NCBI RefSeq assembly: GCF_001194135.2
Contig: NC_068982.1
Span: forward strand, 20,804,802-20,868,801
Length of the DNA stretch: 64,000 bases
From: Octopus bimaculoides
Lineage: Eukaryota
Reading direction: 5' to 3'
Every line of letters starts with the position of its first letter. Position 1 is the first letter of the stretch. The position numbers were made by a program, and so were the translations under genes. Below the pieces are notes generated by a model. That model was not told where the DNA came from. It saw nothing but the letters and a program-made list of their open reading frames with translations, and did no database searches. Shown one piece after another: positions 1 to 13,526 of the stretch.

Positions 1-3000
1 TGCAGTTTTACACTACAATCACAATCCATACTTCTTGCTTATTCAATTGTTTCTCATCAAGTTGCAAACCCGTCATGCTTGAAAAATATTTGATGGAATT
101 AAATGCATAGATTCAAACGAGACAACCCTCATTTGCTGATATGAAGCTTCCATCATCTCAATATCTATGGCCACGGTCTATCATACTTGCTGTTTATGGC
201 CCCTCTTGATTGCCAGATTGGCAGTTGATTAATAAACGTAACTAAGCAATTGTATGTCGATCTCCTCGATGTTAACTAAAAAATTAACAGGATGGCGGTT
301 TTAGTTTTCCGGACATTCGCTGTAACACCCATGTTTCCGGTAACAATTTTCGGAATAAAGATCTGCTTATAAAGCGAACGTTTGTCTGCCAATAATTTGA
401 TGACGGGCAATAATGCCACGACTGGACATCACTTATGATCCCAAATGAAATTGGGTTTTTATTCGGATAACAAACAGAATTACAATCAAAATTCCGTTAT
501 ACACCGCATTCATTTTATCATAGTTTTTAAAAAATTTTCTAGCTTATATCTTTGACTGTAACTTTTCTCACTCCAGTTTCTTGAGAAGGAAAACTGCTAT
601 GCATTTTCATTGATATTTATTTGATTGTCGTTTCGAATTTTCTCTCAAAATTATTATTTTGCAACTTATAGGTTCTCCTACTTAGTGAATTTCGTCTTAT
701 ACATTTTTTAATGCATTTCCTTATCGTTCTTACTTTATGTACATATTTTTCTTTCGGTGTTTATATTTTTCATCTCCATTTTTCTTCTATCGTTTTCTTT
801 CAGATTCCTGTTAGATTTCTATTTTTCACTGCAGTTGCTTCATTTTTTTCTTTTCATGATAAAGTTTCACTTTTCATTTACTTTGACGTGTCTAAAATGT
901 GTTGTATTTTTATGGATTTTTTTTTCTATTTTTCGTGTTCAAATTCTTTAAACATTTTTGTTTTTATATTTTCATTTCAAGTTAATGCTTTTGTATCTAT
1001 TGTATTGTTATTTAACTTTTTTTATTAGTACTATATCTTGTATTGTATTTATCACCGTAAAATGCTTACTTCCTCTTCTGCACCACATTCTTTTTCCTTA
1101 TCTCTCTTCCTTTACTACGTTCGTCCCTGAATCATGAGTTTACAACTCGAAACTTACCTAAACGCATGGTTACAAGAAATGCATGCGTCCAATAGACGTG
1201 ACATTCGTATGAATATTGGATATTTTTTTTGCAACAGAAATGCTGCAATCAAGCAGACAAGCCTGCAATCCCAGCAAGACAGCTTTACATGATTCTAATC
1301 AGTACAAGTGAAAGTGTCAAAATAGAAGTATCGTTAATTAATTTAAACTCGCATGTCAGGAACATGACCGTGTAATCGAAATTGTTAACTTCAAGAAGTA
1401 TTAATGACATTTAGTGGAAGTATTTTTGTGTGAAATTGTTTCTGTGAACTGTAATTTATATTTCTATCGTGTTTTTTGTTAGCTTAAATAATGTTTTTTT
1501 CCTCAGTCTTATTTTTACCTTTGTTCATGTTCATTCTTTTGTAATGCACCGCAACCTATCTGTTGCACCCTTCAATATACCAAATATATAATTTCTTGCA
1601 TATCATGTTACAGTCATATGTTTTATCTAGAGACATGTATAACGTTCGAAATATGTTTTCCATTTTTATTACGTTTGAATTTTCAATTTGAATAGAAAAA
1701 TGAGATATTTTCTTAAATCGAAAAGCGTAGCAGGATATGATATAGAAATTTGTTTTCGAATTCCATTACAAAAATTTGATTTGATACGTGTTAGAATCAT
1801 ATCCCCTACTCATTTTGATTTAGTTTTTTAATATTTCTGATTTGATTTCTTTTCCAGCTTCATGTTATGAAACTTTCGTACATTTATATATTTACTGATA
1901 TTAGATTTCCAAAAGGAAATTTAAAACAACAATTTTGCAAAATCTAAAATTGAAAAGCTTAACCGAATATACTTATGTTCCTTTGCGATGAGTTTAAATC
2001 CGCTACTAACTTAATGTTTGCTTACGGTTATGAGACAACGTTACATACCAGGCGCATACTTGTGATCATTCAATTGTCAAATGAACATACTAAATCCATG
2101 GTTTTGTCACTGTGTACAAAACAACAATATTGCGCCTGTTTCTGAAAAACCGATGGCATCTAACTTCAACGATGTGCTTATATTAACATTATATTTCCAG
2201 CAACATGCCGATTTCATATTAATTTCAACTATTATGGGAATCCGAATCTTTAACAACGCACAATTTTATTTTCTAAATAAATATTTATATTCATATGTTA
2301 AATCTCATACTGCATATAAACCATATAACTCTATGCATATATGAAAAACAAAGCTAGGGCAATGTTACAAAATGTTATGAATAAAACAAAAGCAAATATT
2401 AGAAAATACTTTTGTCGTCAGTAGATATTTCGATCACGTTATTGGTGATATTTTCAAGATTAATGATGACTGAGACGCCGTTATTGTATATCATTGTAAA
2501 TGAATAGATGACACGTATATACACATCGTTAGTGAAATATTACAGTGTGGCTGCTGCAGGATGAAATACATAATACGTGATTTACGGCCGTAATACATAT
2601 TGCACTTACGCAGGGTATATTATGGCAGAAATGCTTCGCACTTAGTGTGCAAACCAGTATATAGTGAAGAGAAACAAAATAACATATGTCTACATGAATA
2701 ATCAGCTTGCACTTAGCTCGTAGAATCCTTTATTAGTTGTGTCTGCTACTGAGGATTTAAGCAAAAAATATGTAATACGTTTATAAGCTGAGTATATCTC
2801 TTATATTTATATCATACGAAAATGATCATTTTCACGTAAGTTTGAATCAATTTTAACATTTCTGAAGAAACATAATGTGACAAGAGTCACATTATTCTTG
2901 CTTACTAAATAAGGGAATTGAGAGCCTTTATAGAATATATTGATTGTCTATTCATCAAAATCTCTTTTAAATTTACAACTAATTTTGTTTTTCAGAATGA

Positions 3001-3691
3001 CAAAATCTTCACACTATCACCTATCAAAGCATGTTAATTCATCTGTATTCATGAAATGTGCAAATTTCGCTTAAGATACAGTGACATATTTACTGTGTTG
3101 TGCACGGAATATCTTAACGAAACTCATTCAGTTATAACTGGAGAGTCAAATACGATTTCGTTTCTTTATAAAATGCATAAGTATTATGGATTTTCTATTT
3201 AAGTACATATATTTTGTAAATCATTCGTCTTTCTGTATTTCATTTATCTCTTTATAGTTTTATTGACCAATACTGAATATATTGCTAGGTCAGTTTCATT
3301 GATTATATGATATTATCTTTTATTTATGTGTCTATATTGTGTAGGATAGAAGAATGGTTTAAATGATGTGCTGTTGGGATAGTCTACATTATTTTGCATT
3401 TACAACTTTCCATCACATAATTTCGCTTTACACATTAGATCACAGTAATACTAGAATATGTATATTGCATTATATATATACAATTCACATAACTGCCATG
3501 CTCTAAAAATTTAAGGCTTTGTGGCATGATAACTATAATACTACTACTAACGATAAATGCCTAAATATATAATTTACAAGAATATAAGAATAGACACAAC
3601 CGTGTAGGTAAAAAAAATGCTTTAGGATTGTAGCCGGGAGCATTGCTTCGAAATAAAAGAATATCGGTATAAACAGAAAACATCTCAAACT

Positions 3692-4364
3692 ATGAAGCTG
3701 AATCCCATCGAATTCAGTGCAATACTACATCTCAAAATACAGCTCATAACGGCAGTATCAAGACCAGAGGCAAATCCGCCACCACCACCACTACAACGAA
3801 TAAACATAACACAGCACATAGTGACCGTCTCTCGACCACAACTCACCACTGCGCTCGCCACTACAAAGAATAACTCGTTAATAAATGACGTGAACCATAC
3901 TACTTCTTTCGCAGAGACAGCAGCAAAGAGCAACGAATATATTTTGTATGGATTTGCTTCAGAAAGACATGTGTCTAGCCAGTAGTGCCACCCCACACGA
4001 GACGCTGGCAGAAACAAAAAAGAAATATGTTGGACACATGTGTCTCCGTAAACTCGAAGCGACCAGAGATGGCGATCCAGGCGGACGTGGAAAGGGCACT
4101 GAAAGAAATAATGTTCGATATTCTTCCTATTTCGAGGGTTAAACCGTTTACAGACATTTCAGTGCCCTTTAATCTGAAGCTCTAGCGTCCAAATACTCCG
4201 GGATTCCATGTCTGAGTGAAAAATATATGCTTCATCCATCCAATTTAAGAAGGAAGATGGTGCGCAGAAAGATAGCTGTGATAGCACCAGAGGTAAACCT
4301 GAGGTGGGTTCCCGCAGCGATCCTTTTGGAATGGTCTGGGACCAGTGTGGAAGTACTCATCTAA
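3692..4364 (+). pseudogene. Decayed LINE ORF1 (gag-like, RRM-type) fragment
   Basis: Frameshifted ORFs 3692-3985 and 3985-4185, plus frame-shifted SEALASKYSGIPCLSEKYMLHPSNLRRKMVRRKIAVIAPEVNLRWVPAAILLE. They align by eye with the ORF1 at 20726-21196 (SKRTGKATEKAIEKHL...TEEEAFNHSTIPLRSHEWVLLPAYCRKRVAKIRVGRVPPEIEEALLIAAITYE). Confidence 0.65.
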
Positions 4365-5382
4365 ATTGAACAAGAAGCTATTCACAAGAAGCTATTTACT
4401 GGTTTCTTTAATTTTCAGCCATTGAATCATGATTTGAATGTTTAGATCATGTAGTTATCTAGGGTCAATTTCTGTGTAACTTTCTTCATCTATTTGACTT
4501 TCATCTGCCTTAAGTTTATGCTTGGTTCAGAGAGTATCTCACTTTGCCTATCAGTTACATTAACTCTTTAAATTATCGTTGCCTTTTCATCAGACCTGGC
4601 CTTGTCTATAATTATTTCCTCTTCTTTAGCTGCAACTTCGTTCCTTTTATCCCTTACTGATTGTTTAATTTGTTCAATCCCTAATTCAGTAAGTAATTAC
4701 TTTTTCATAATGTTTATTCTGATATTGACAAGTTTGTTACTGTTTATGCAGGATCTTACTTCAAGGTCTCCAGTCTAAGTAGGTTTGTACAGTATTAGAT
4801 TTATTTGCTGTGGTTATTTTGATGAATCACTATTCTTATACTCACTATTTGTATTCCAATTATTTGCATTGATATTACAGCTTTACGAACGTATCTGAAA
4901 GTAAAAATAAAAACCCCACACAAATAGCAATTGCAAAAGAAATACAACGTAAATATTATATAATTATCATAATTACCATATACGCGGTAAATTGCTATTA
5001 TTACCTATAAAAATCAGGTAAGTTTTGAAAACTATTGAACTTACGTGTATGTATTCGGTCTTAATGTGCACACTAATGCAGTGTTTAAATTAAAATCCAT
5101 TCACTTTTTACATATAATATTTTTTTTTGTGAAGTGCATAAATAAATTGAAATATTATACGCGATACTCTGATACATGTTTTGCAAGGTATCACTGTTTT
5201 AGCAGCAGTCATTTTATAATTTTTACTTTGTCACTATCATATTTGATATTGCTGCGCATCGTGCCAAATCTAATGCAGCACAACCACCATCTAATGCATT
5301 CCAGCTCTTATTAATCGTGCCCATTGTACAACATTATGTACACATAGGATATGTGTGTTTGTGTGTGTGTATGTGTGTGTGT

Positions 5383-5415
<33 letters not shown>

Positions 5416-6214
5416 ATACATAAAATCAAGGTGTTCTTTGAGAGGAATTTGTCTGTTGGTTCTAACAAATCACACAACCATATATGCTAACTTGTTAGCT
5501 TGTTTGTAATAATGTAATTGTGTTTGGCCTAGATTCTCTTTTATTCTGATCATTATATTGGGTTTGATTTTCGATATTGCTGGCGGTGATTGTTTTGTTT
5601 GCACCTTGTATATTAATACGAAGACCTGTCAGGGTGTTACTGCAGACAAATACTATTTGTGCTACGAGCTAAGCTACTTGCTAATGTTTCAGCATTCGTG
5701 TTCTGTTCGAAAAGAATTAAAAAAAAATGTTTTGCTGATATTTCCTACAGAGTTTATAGTAGCAACACACAACAATGTTTAATGAAACAAGTTTGTTGGG
5801 TTTTCCTACAGCGATAACGGATATGAAACAGCCTAAACAATATGAATGAAGGCAGCAAAATTATCATTGTTATTTTTGTGTGTGTTACATCAGATGTTAT
5901 TGCTTCCTTGTTATTTATTAGAATTAAAAGCACTAATGATTTTAATAACAATACTATTATGAATAATAATATTAATGATTCACTTTATTAACCATAAGAA
6001 CCTTGTACATAAGGAACGCACGAAATCGATAATCCGTCAAAATGAAGGAGAAATAATAAGCAGTGTTCTAGAGTGGTATCTTTGGGAAGTACTGACATAT
6101 GTTCAGGTTGACTTTTACATTTTATTCTCATATGATTAGAAATTACGTCACATGTATGATTTAGTGTATACATATACATAGAAATATAGGTATATATGAA
6201 TAAATACACACTAA

Positions 6215-6220
<6 letters not shown>

Positions 6221-6280
<60 letters not shown>

Positions 6281-6306
6281 CTCTCTCTCTCTCTCCCTCC
6301 CTCTCT
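6221..6306. repeat. (CA)n followed by (CT)n microsatellite
   Basis: Directly visible. Confidence 0.95.
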
Positions 6307-7090
6307 CATACACACACATACAAATATATACTTGACTGAGTGTGAGTGCTTCTGTGTGGCACGCACGCACACACCAATTAATCTAACGTCCGCACTTGCA
6401 CGACCTTCTAGATATATTGGGTACGGTTGACCAGTAATTCAACTTAGCAAAACCAATATTGTTATTATTGAACTGGCCCCTGGAAGTGTTATACCTGTAT
6501 TGCAAAACCTGTATTAGTGCTTAACAGCACAATCTTCAAATATTGTTAAAATCATCAGTTTAGCATGTTATTTTCTTACAGGTATTGTAATATTAGTTGG
6601 GGATAAGAATGAGTTATCTTTGGTAATTGAATACTCAGTTTACTGTTACTTGAAGAATATTGATTGATGAAGTCGAGGACAATACATGCTACTCCATTAG
6701 TTAGTTTGTCGACAACGGGATATGCAATTAATGATATAAATAATAGTTAATTAAAGTCATATCAAAATGTACTGTATGCACATTGAAGTATCTGTAGTAG
6801 ATGATAAAATACAATATGTGAAGAAAATATCAAATTGAGAAGCTTTCACACATGAATTGATAAAGCAAATATACAGATGTGGCAAGCTCGATGTAGTTTA
6901 GCCAGAATTTGCTACTAATGACAACAATATATGTATACGGATTCATAAATATCTTTCAGCAAACATTTATTATAACTCAAATTGAGTACAACATTTGGGA
7001 CTGTGAATACAGAAATTTCTACTTTAAAATGAACAGAAATCCAATGCCATTACCCGTTCAACTATGCTTGAGGTACGTTCGGACTGGTTC

Positions 7091-7800
7091 ACAAGCCATA
7101 CACTCTGTTTTGTCATGGAGAACATTTCTCGCTATAGAGAAATGGTGTAGATTAGACGAGATCAGTTTGCAGCGCCACCTACCTAGACTGTGAGTTGCCA
7201 CCATTTCGGAGTAGTTGTCCCTTCTTTGGTCTCAAACTCCAGACAGGTGATGCTGCGAACTGATCAAAGAGATCGTCTCTCTAATGCTATTTCAGTCACC
7301 GTACGATGACTGAGGACGCTATGTAGCGAATCACCGTAATTAAATTATCGAATGGGATCGCCAATCAGTTATATGTATAAATGCAATGTTATTACCAATC
7401 CAATATGCTTGAGAAACGTTCGAACTGCGGAAGAGAGGTGCTGGCATTTCACAGTCTAGGTAGGTGGCATTGCGAACTGATCTATGTATATTCACACCAT
7501 TTATCTACAGACAAAACTGTCCTCCATAACAAAACACAACGAATGACTTTACATACTGTGAGCCGCCGCATAGAGCTCCCGGCCATCGTACGGTAAGTAA
7601 AATAGCAAAAAGTGAGACAATCTCTTTGATTGCTTTTCAGGGTCACATGTCTGGTGTCTGTGACTGAAGAGGAGACTACTACTTCAAAATGCTGGCAAAT
7701 GACAGTCTACGTAGACGGCGCTCCGAACTGCTATAATTGTATCCAAACCATTTGTTTACAGCGAGAAATTTTCTCCATGACTAAACAATAAAATGCTTGT
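7091..7800. mobile_element. Inverted-repeat element: ~190-bp arms (7091-7280 / 7613-7800) plus an internal partial third unit (~7439-7510)
   Basis: Reverse complement of 7091-7280 (gagacgatctctttgatc...cacagtctaggtaggtggcgctgcaaactgatc...gcgagaaatgttctccatgac) aligns with 7613-7800. 7439-7510 repeats the cacagtctaggtaggtggc...gaactgatc segment. Confidence 0.85.
7658..7705 (+). ncRNA. Degenerate type-I hammerhead-like motif (probably inactive)
   Basis: CTGTGA-CTGAAGA-GGAG-actacta-CTTC-AAAA-TGC-tg-GCA-AA-TGACAG. The sister copy at 7188-7235 (minus) keeps CTCC-GAAA and TCACAG; the copy at 7439-7454 keeps TGC-tg-GCA-TT-TCACAG. Confidence 0.45.
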
Positions 7801-8035
7801 TCCCCAGTTTGAACGTGCCTCAAGAATTATTTGGACTGGTAATAACATTGCATCTAAAACTAACATGCAACAGAAAACCTTTTCCTACTTCCATGCTTAT
7901 ATAGTGGAAAATCTACGTTTCGAACATATACTATCAACCCTTGTAAATGTTGGTATATTATTGGTTAAACAGTGACATACATCTATTCGTGTATATTGTT
8001 TATAATTTTACATAGGGATGTGACTGTATATGCAT

Positions 8036-8828
8036 NNNNNNNNNNNNNNNNNNNNNNNNNNNNNNNNNNNNNNNNNNNNNNNNNNNNNNNNNNNNNNNNN
8101 NNNNNNNNNNNNNNNNNNNNNNNNNNNNNNNNNNNNNNNNNNNNNNNNNNNNNNNNNNNNNNNNNNNNNNNNNNNNNNNNNNNNNNNNNNNNNNNNNNNN
8201 NNNNNNNNNNNNNNNNNNNNNNNNNNNNNNNNNNNNNNNNNNNNNNNNNNNNNNNNNNNNNNNNNNNNNNNNNNNNNNNNNNNNNNNNNNNNNNNNNNNN
8301 NNNNNNNNNNNNNNNNNNNNNNNNNNNNNNNNNNNNNNNNNNNNNNNNNNNNNNNNNNNNNNNNNNNNNNNNNNNNNNNNNNNNNNNNNNNNNNNNNNNN
8401 NNNNNNNNNNNNNNNNNNNNNNNNNNNNNNNNNNNNNNNNNNNNNNNNNNNNNNNNNNNNNNNNNNNNNNNNNNNNNNNNNNNNNNNNNNNNNNNNNNNN
8501 NNNNNNNNNNNNNNNNNNNNNNNNNNNNNNNNNNNNNNNNNNNNNNNNNNNNNNNNNNNNNNNNNNNNNNNNNNNNNNNNNNNNNNNNNNNNNNNNNNNN
8601 NNNNNNNNNNNNNNNNNNNNNNNNNNNNNNNNNNNNNNNNNNNNNNNNNNNNNNNNNNNNNNNNNNNNNNNNNNNNNNNNNNNNNNNNNNNNNNNNNNNN
8701 NNNNNNNNNNNNNNNNNNNNNNNNNNNNNNNNNNNNNNNNNNNNNNNNNNNNNNNNNNNNNNNNNNNNNNNNNNNNNNNNNNNNNNNNNNNNNNNNNNNN
8801 NNNNNNNNNNNNNNNNNNNNNNNNNNNN
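8036..8828. other. Assembly gap
   Basis: Run of N. Confidence 1.
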
Positions 8829-11800
8829 ATATATTTGTATGTATACGCTTATCTATATTTCTTTATAGCCAATGTCGGCGTTGAGACCACACAAGATTCA
8901 CAGACTGTTGCGGTATAGCGTAGACATTAAACGTATCAGGACCATGTAGATGTGAAATTTCTTAAGTGAGATTAAATGAGACAAATCTCAGGGCAGCAGT
9001 GACCCATAAATCTATCAACGTTACTTCCCATTGTCTGGTTTAAATTCACTAGGTATATACGAATTAACAATCAAAGTCTTAGACACACTTACATGCACTT
9101 ACGCACACATATACATATACACATCTATACACATAGGCATGCACATCTACACACACACACATATATATACTCACCTAAGAACACACTTAGAGATAAGCTC
9201 TGAATATGTAATTTTCATAAATAAAGTAAACTTCATAATGAAGGTTCTAATGAAGCTATTGGATGTTATCCAGATACTCAACTGATGAGTCTACCGCATT
9301 TATGGCACCAACACCTGGGAGCTAATACATTTATTAAGTAACCTTTTTTTCCGATGTCATCGCTTTGTTCCTTTTTGTTCTCATCTAACATTTTGTTCTG
9401 GACCATATTGAACGCTACACCAGATTATTAGTCCTACATCATATTATTAGGATTATACGTAAGGAGGTACACATTGACGGAAATATGGATACTCTCTACC
9501 AATTCCATCCAGAACAGGATGAAATATGAGCCTTCAACTTCGTATTTTCCATTACGACAAATCTTCTATCTACATCTGCACGTGAAAGTTTCCTACATAT
9601 GTAGCTTGTCTCCGTTGACGGAATACCCAGTATATAGATATGCCGTTCAACACATTGTTCCATTACTTGGGATATCCCAGAAACAGTTGCATGACAATTT
9701 TTTTTACACTTTTTTACAATTGTTTTACAATTTTTAGTAATTAAATGAGACGAGTATACTTAACTACGCTGCAAAGTATGGTTAAACTTTAGTCAAGCAG
9801 TGAAATATAAGCAGTAAGTATTCGAAGCATTTTTGTTACGCCGTTTGAATTATGAAAAAGTGTTCCTTATATATTGCGAGCACTAGAGTCTTTAAACGTA
9901 TTAAATTCACTAAGTTTTTTCGATTTCTTTGTATTTCCCATAATTTAGTGCGGTGATGCCTACACCCATAGCTATGATTTGAACAGGGCCATACATAATT
10001 TATTATGCAACAGGTAATTTGAAATATTTTAGTCCCAAATTCGTTACCCGTAGTTATGTAATCTTAGCCTAATTGTGTTATTTAAAGTATAAGACTGATT
10101 GTATAACTTTGATTAAATTTTCAAGCTGTTGAACCGCTGTATATGAATGCGTTAGACTAGTTATAACACAACATCAATAGATAATATTATTTACTGATAC
10201 GTAAACAACTGACAGGACACAGTAGTTCGTTTTTACAAGTGCACCATTTAGAATTATGAACATATGTACTTTCAGTGATGTTTGAACATTCAGAGAATGA
10301 GGATTTTTATGAGACCTGATTAAATTACTCTTATTTGCAGGGATAGGTAAGAGTCAACGGGGTCGTTATTGTTAGTAAAGCAATGATGATAGTTATTAGA
10401 GTTACCTGGATTATGACCATATATATAATCATAATTTATATTGATTTATTTTAGAATAATCTTGGATGTTAGCGGGTTAGGTTTTGTCATTCTTAAAGTC
10501 AAAGCTTATGTCATCATAGCCACAGCTATATGTGTGTATATATTGCAAATTGAAATACGAGAATCCAAAAACTTAGGACTTACTGAGCATGCAGATAAAT
10601 GTGCAGGTACAGAACAATCAAACTTTACGATTTTACATTGATATAGATGTTGCTTTCACCTAATAAAACGCCAAGGATGTTACTGAAGATATATCCTGCA
10701 TAAAATTGCATCTGCGTTGAAATACCTCTGACAGCGAATCTACCACCGACCATTTGCAAAGTTTGTCAAGTGGCGACAATGACTTCTAACTGTTATACTG
10801 ACAACTATTGTAAATGCTGCTTCTCCTACTACAACCAGCATCCATGTCTACTTGCCCTTTTACTAAGATCCAGATACTACTGGTACTAACAATTAGAAGT
10901 AAACGAAACACTGCACTGAGTAATTTTTTAAAAGAAACATTTAAACGTCCAGATATAATGAAACATTCATTTAACTCAAATCATTTGAATTCCATTTTTG
11001 TTCTTTTATTCCGACCTTAAAAATGTCCTTTTAAAGTTATTAAAGCCGCTTACTGCTTATTACAAAAATTTAAAAAAACGTAGATTCTTTCTGTAATTTA
11101 TGCGCATAATTTATAGTATGGATCCCATAATCATGAAAGACAGATTCATCTCTAAAGCTATATTTTTCTCCCGTTCCTACAAAACAAATGACCTTAAATA
11201 CATATCTCTTTGTTTCGAAAGCTGTAAATGTGAGAAACTAAATGTCTGGAAAATACTTTTGACTGCATATATATTCAGAATAAATTTCATGGCAATACGT
11301 ATTCCGAAGAGACTATGTACTTTTGTTTTGAATATAATTTCCGAGTTTCACACTATTCGTCGTCTTGCCGCGAAGAAAGCATTATCACCTCTGTTTCCAT
11401 CGCTAGTATATCCTAGAAGTTATATTGTCAACATGTTATTAAAATTATAATATTTATTCCCATTTGGACATTATTAAGTTATGCAGATATTTATTTCTCG
11501 CCATCCGACGATACAAAAACATCATATTTCACTGAAGTTAAATTTATCCAGATACTTCCTGTGGAATCAATAATCGTGTGAAACCAATGAAGATAAAGTG
11601 AATTTTCGAGTTTAATATTCTAAAGCTTGTGTAACGTCTTTCAATATAGCATTGACCTTTAAGAATATATATTGAATTTTCCTCTTCAATATCAATCTAT
11701 TGAAGATCAGAACCAGCAGCAGAGTTATATTGGTTGGTATGTTTTCTTTGACCTATTCGAATAGTTTTCCATATCGCGAAACTTTATTCATATGTTCAAG

Positions 11801-12084
11801 TATATTGCCAACAATATGTTAAAATAAGACAAAAAAACACGTACGATATATTAATCTAACTATAAAATGTATATTAGATAACTTTGAATCAGGTTTGTAG
11901 AATGATTTGAGTGTACACCAGTTGTACACTGAGAGTAATCACAACATATTGAATATAACTGGTATTTGTGGACAATGTAAGATACTCTACTCGATGATCA
12001 CATATGGTACACATTCTTGCAAAAGCTTCAACTAAATTTTCATCTAAAAATCCATATATTCTTGGAATACTGATATAGAACACA

Positions 12085-12086
<2 letters not shown>

Positions 12087-12165
<79 letters not shown>
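12087..12165. repeat. (TA)n microsatellite
   Basis: Directly visible. Confidence 0.95.
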
Positions 12166-12168
<3 letters not shown>

Positions 12169-12175
12169 CAAAACA

Positions 12176-12546
12176 TAATTAAAGGATCAGCAAAAGTTGC
12201 TTCACGGCATACCGAAATTTAGAAATAGCAGTCAAACTACTAATTCTTCTACTACAATATATCTCCACAGACAGTAATACTCGTAACATACATAGGCAAA
12301 AAGAAGAAAAAATAACGAAACCAACCAGCCTTAGTTAATCATGTACGCGTTTCCGGATTAGAATGGTATAAAATTCACTTCCTTCTTCAGCATGATATTC
12401 CAGATTATAAATTTGAAACTGTTTTCTTTTTTGCCTATGTAAGTTACGAGTCTGAGGAGATATATTGTAGCAGAAGGATTAGTAGTTTCACTGCTATTTC
12501 AAAATGTCGGTATGTGGTGAAGCAACTTGTGCTGATCCCTTAATTA
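12176..12546. mobile_element. Foldback element: ~125-135-bp inverted arms (12176-12310 / 12422-12546) with a ~110-bp loop containing a hammerhead
   Basis: taattaaaggatcagcaaaagttgcttcac...atatctcc...ctcgtaacatacataggcaaaaag is matched by the reverse complement of 12422-12546, apart from a short indel. Confidence 0.9.
12338..12396 (-). ncRNA. Minimal type-I hammerhead ribozyme motif
   Basis: Minus strand reads AUCAUG-CUGAAGA-A-GGA(agugaauuuuauaccauucuaa)UCC-G-GAAA-CGCG-UA-CAUGAU. Stem I is a perfect 6 bp, the core is intact, stem III is the palindrome ACGCGU, and the cleavage triplet is GUA. Confidence 0.8.
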
Positions 12547-12732
12547 TGTTTATAATCATGAAAAAAAACAAAAAAACTTTTATATAAGTTATTACCGATA
12601 ATGGTTTTTTTTTCCATTCCGAACTACTTGGTAAAACTATTAATTATTAAATTAATAAAGAATATATATATATAAAGAGAGAGAGAGAGAGAAAGTGAGA
12701 GATCGCACACCTATACAAACGCATACACACAT

Positions 12733-12765
<33 letters not shown>

Positions 12766-12769
12766 CACA

Positions 12770-12823
<54 letters not shown>

Positions 12824-13478
12824 AGTAATAACAATAATTCAAGGATGGAATTTATAATTGTTCAATACATCGTAACGCACGTTTCCACAAATCATATGAC
12901 ATTAACATCAGAGTCCGTATCCTTGGGATGATTACGGTATAGTCCGAAATTATCCGTAGTCCTCCGGTCAATCATTGTTAGTGATTCACTTCATCAGGCA
13001 ATAAGTCGATGAACCACAGAGAGCTGTTTATTCCTTGTTACCAATATGGAGGGTAGCTAGATTGGTCTTCATACTGGCAAAACGGGATAAACACCCTCTG
13101 TGATTCGCCCACTAATGCAGTATCACCTGAGAAAATAAATCAATGACGATGATGAATCGGAAGCCCACAGATACTACGGACTATATTGTAATCATCACAA
13201 GAATACTAACTCTGGTGTTAAAGTCATGTAATACGTGGAAACACATGTAGCGATGTATTAAATATTTATAAATTCCATCCTAGAATTATTGTTATTTATC
13301 ATATTTATTCTCCATTATATCTGTATGATCACGATGCAAACCCGAAAAACTGACTCTCTATTGAGTATAATTAGACGGTAGCCGGCATCCTGAAAGAGGA
13401 GCTTTATTCACATACCCTCAACGTTACCATAAAGGAATTTAAAATATATATTATGCGTGTGTGTTTGTTTGTGTGTGC

Positions 13479-13526
<48 letters not shown>

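Noticed and set aside
1-500. Possible Helitron PIF1 helicase relic on minus (KQIFIPKI...QLPI...IN...GLSRL)
   Set aside because: Only scattered residues across several frames; not distinguishable from chance without a search.
4846-4894. Minus-strand candidate exon YVRKAVISMQIIGIQI with strong splice sites
   Set aside because: Isolated; no linkable neighbours.
6582-6622. Candidate micro-exon GIVILVGDKNELSL (GTPase G4/helicase-like)
   Set aside because: 41 nt, no partner exons; such splice-site pairs are common by chance in AT-rich DNA.
7300-7337. acgatga-CTGAGGA-cgct-atgt-agcg-aa-tcaccgt hammerhead-like hairpin
   Set aside because: No GAAA/stem III/NUH; just a hairpin containing CUGAGGA.
13390-13428. 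CTGAAA-GAGG...CCTC-AACGTT-ACC, resembling a decayed minimal hammerhead
   Set aside because: The core has deletions in both conserved strands and no adjacent stem I pairing.
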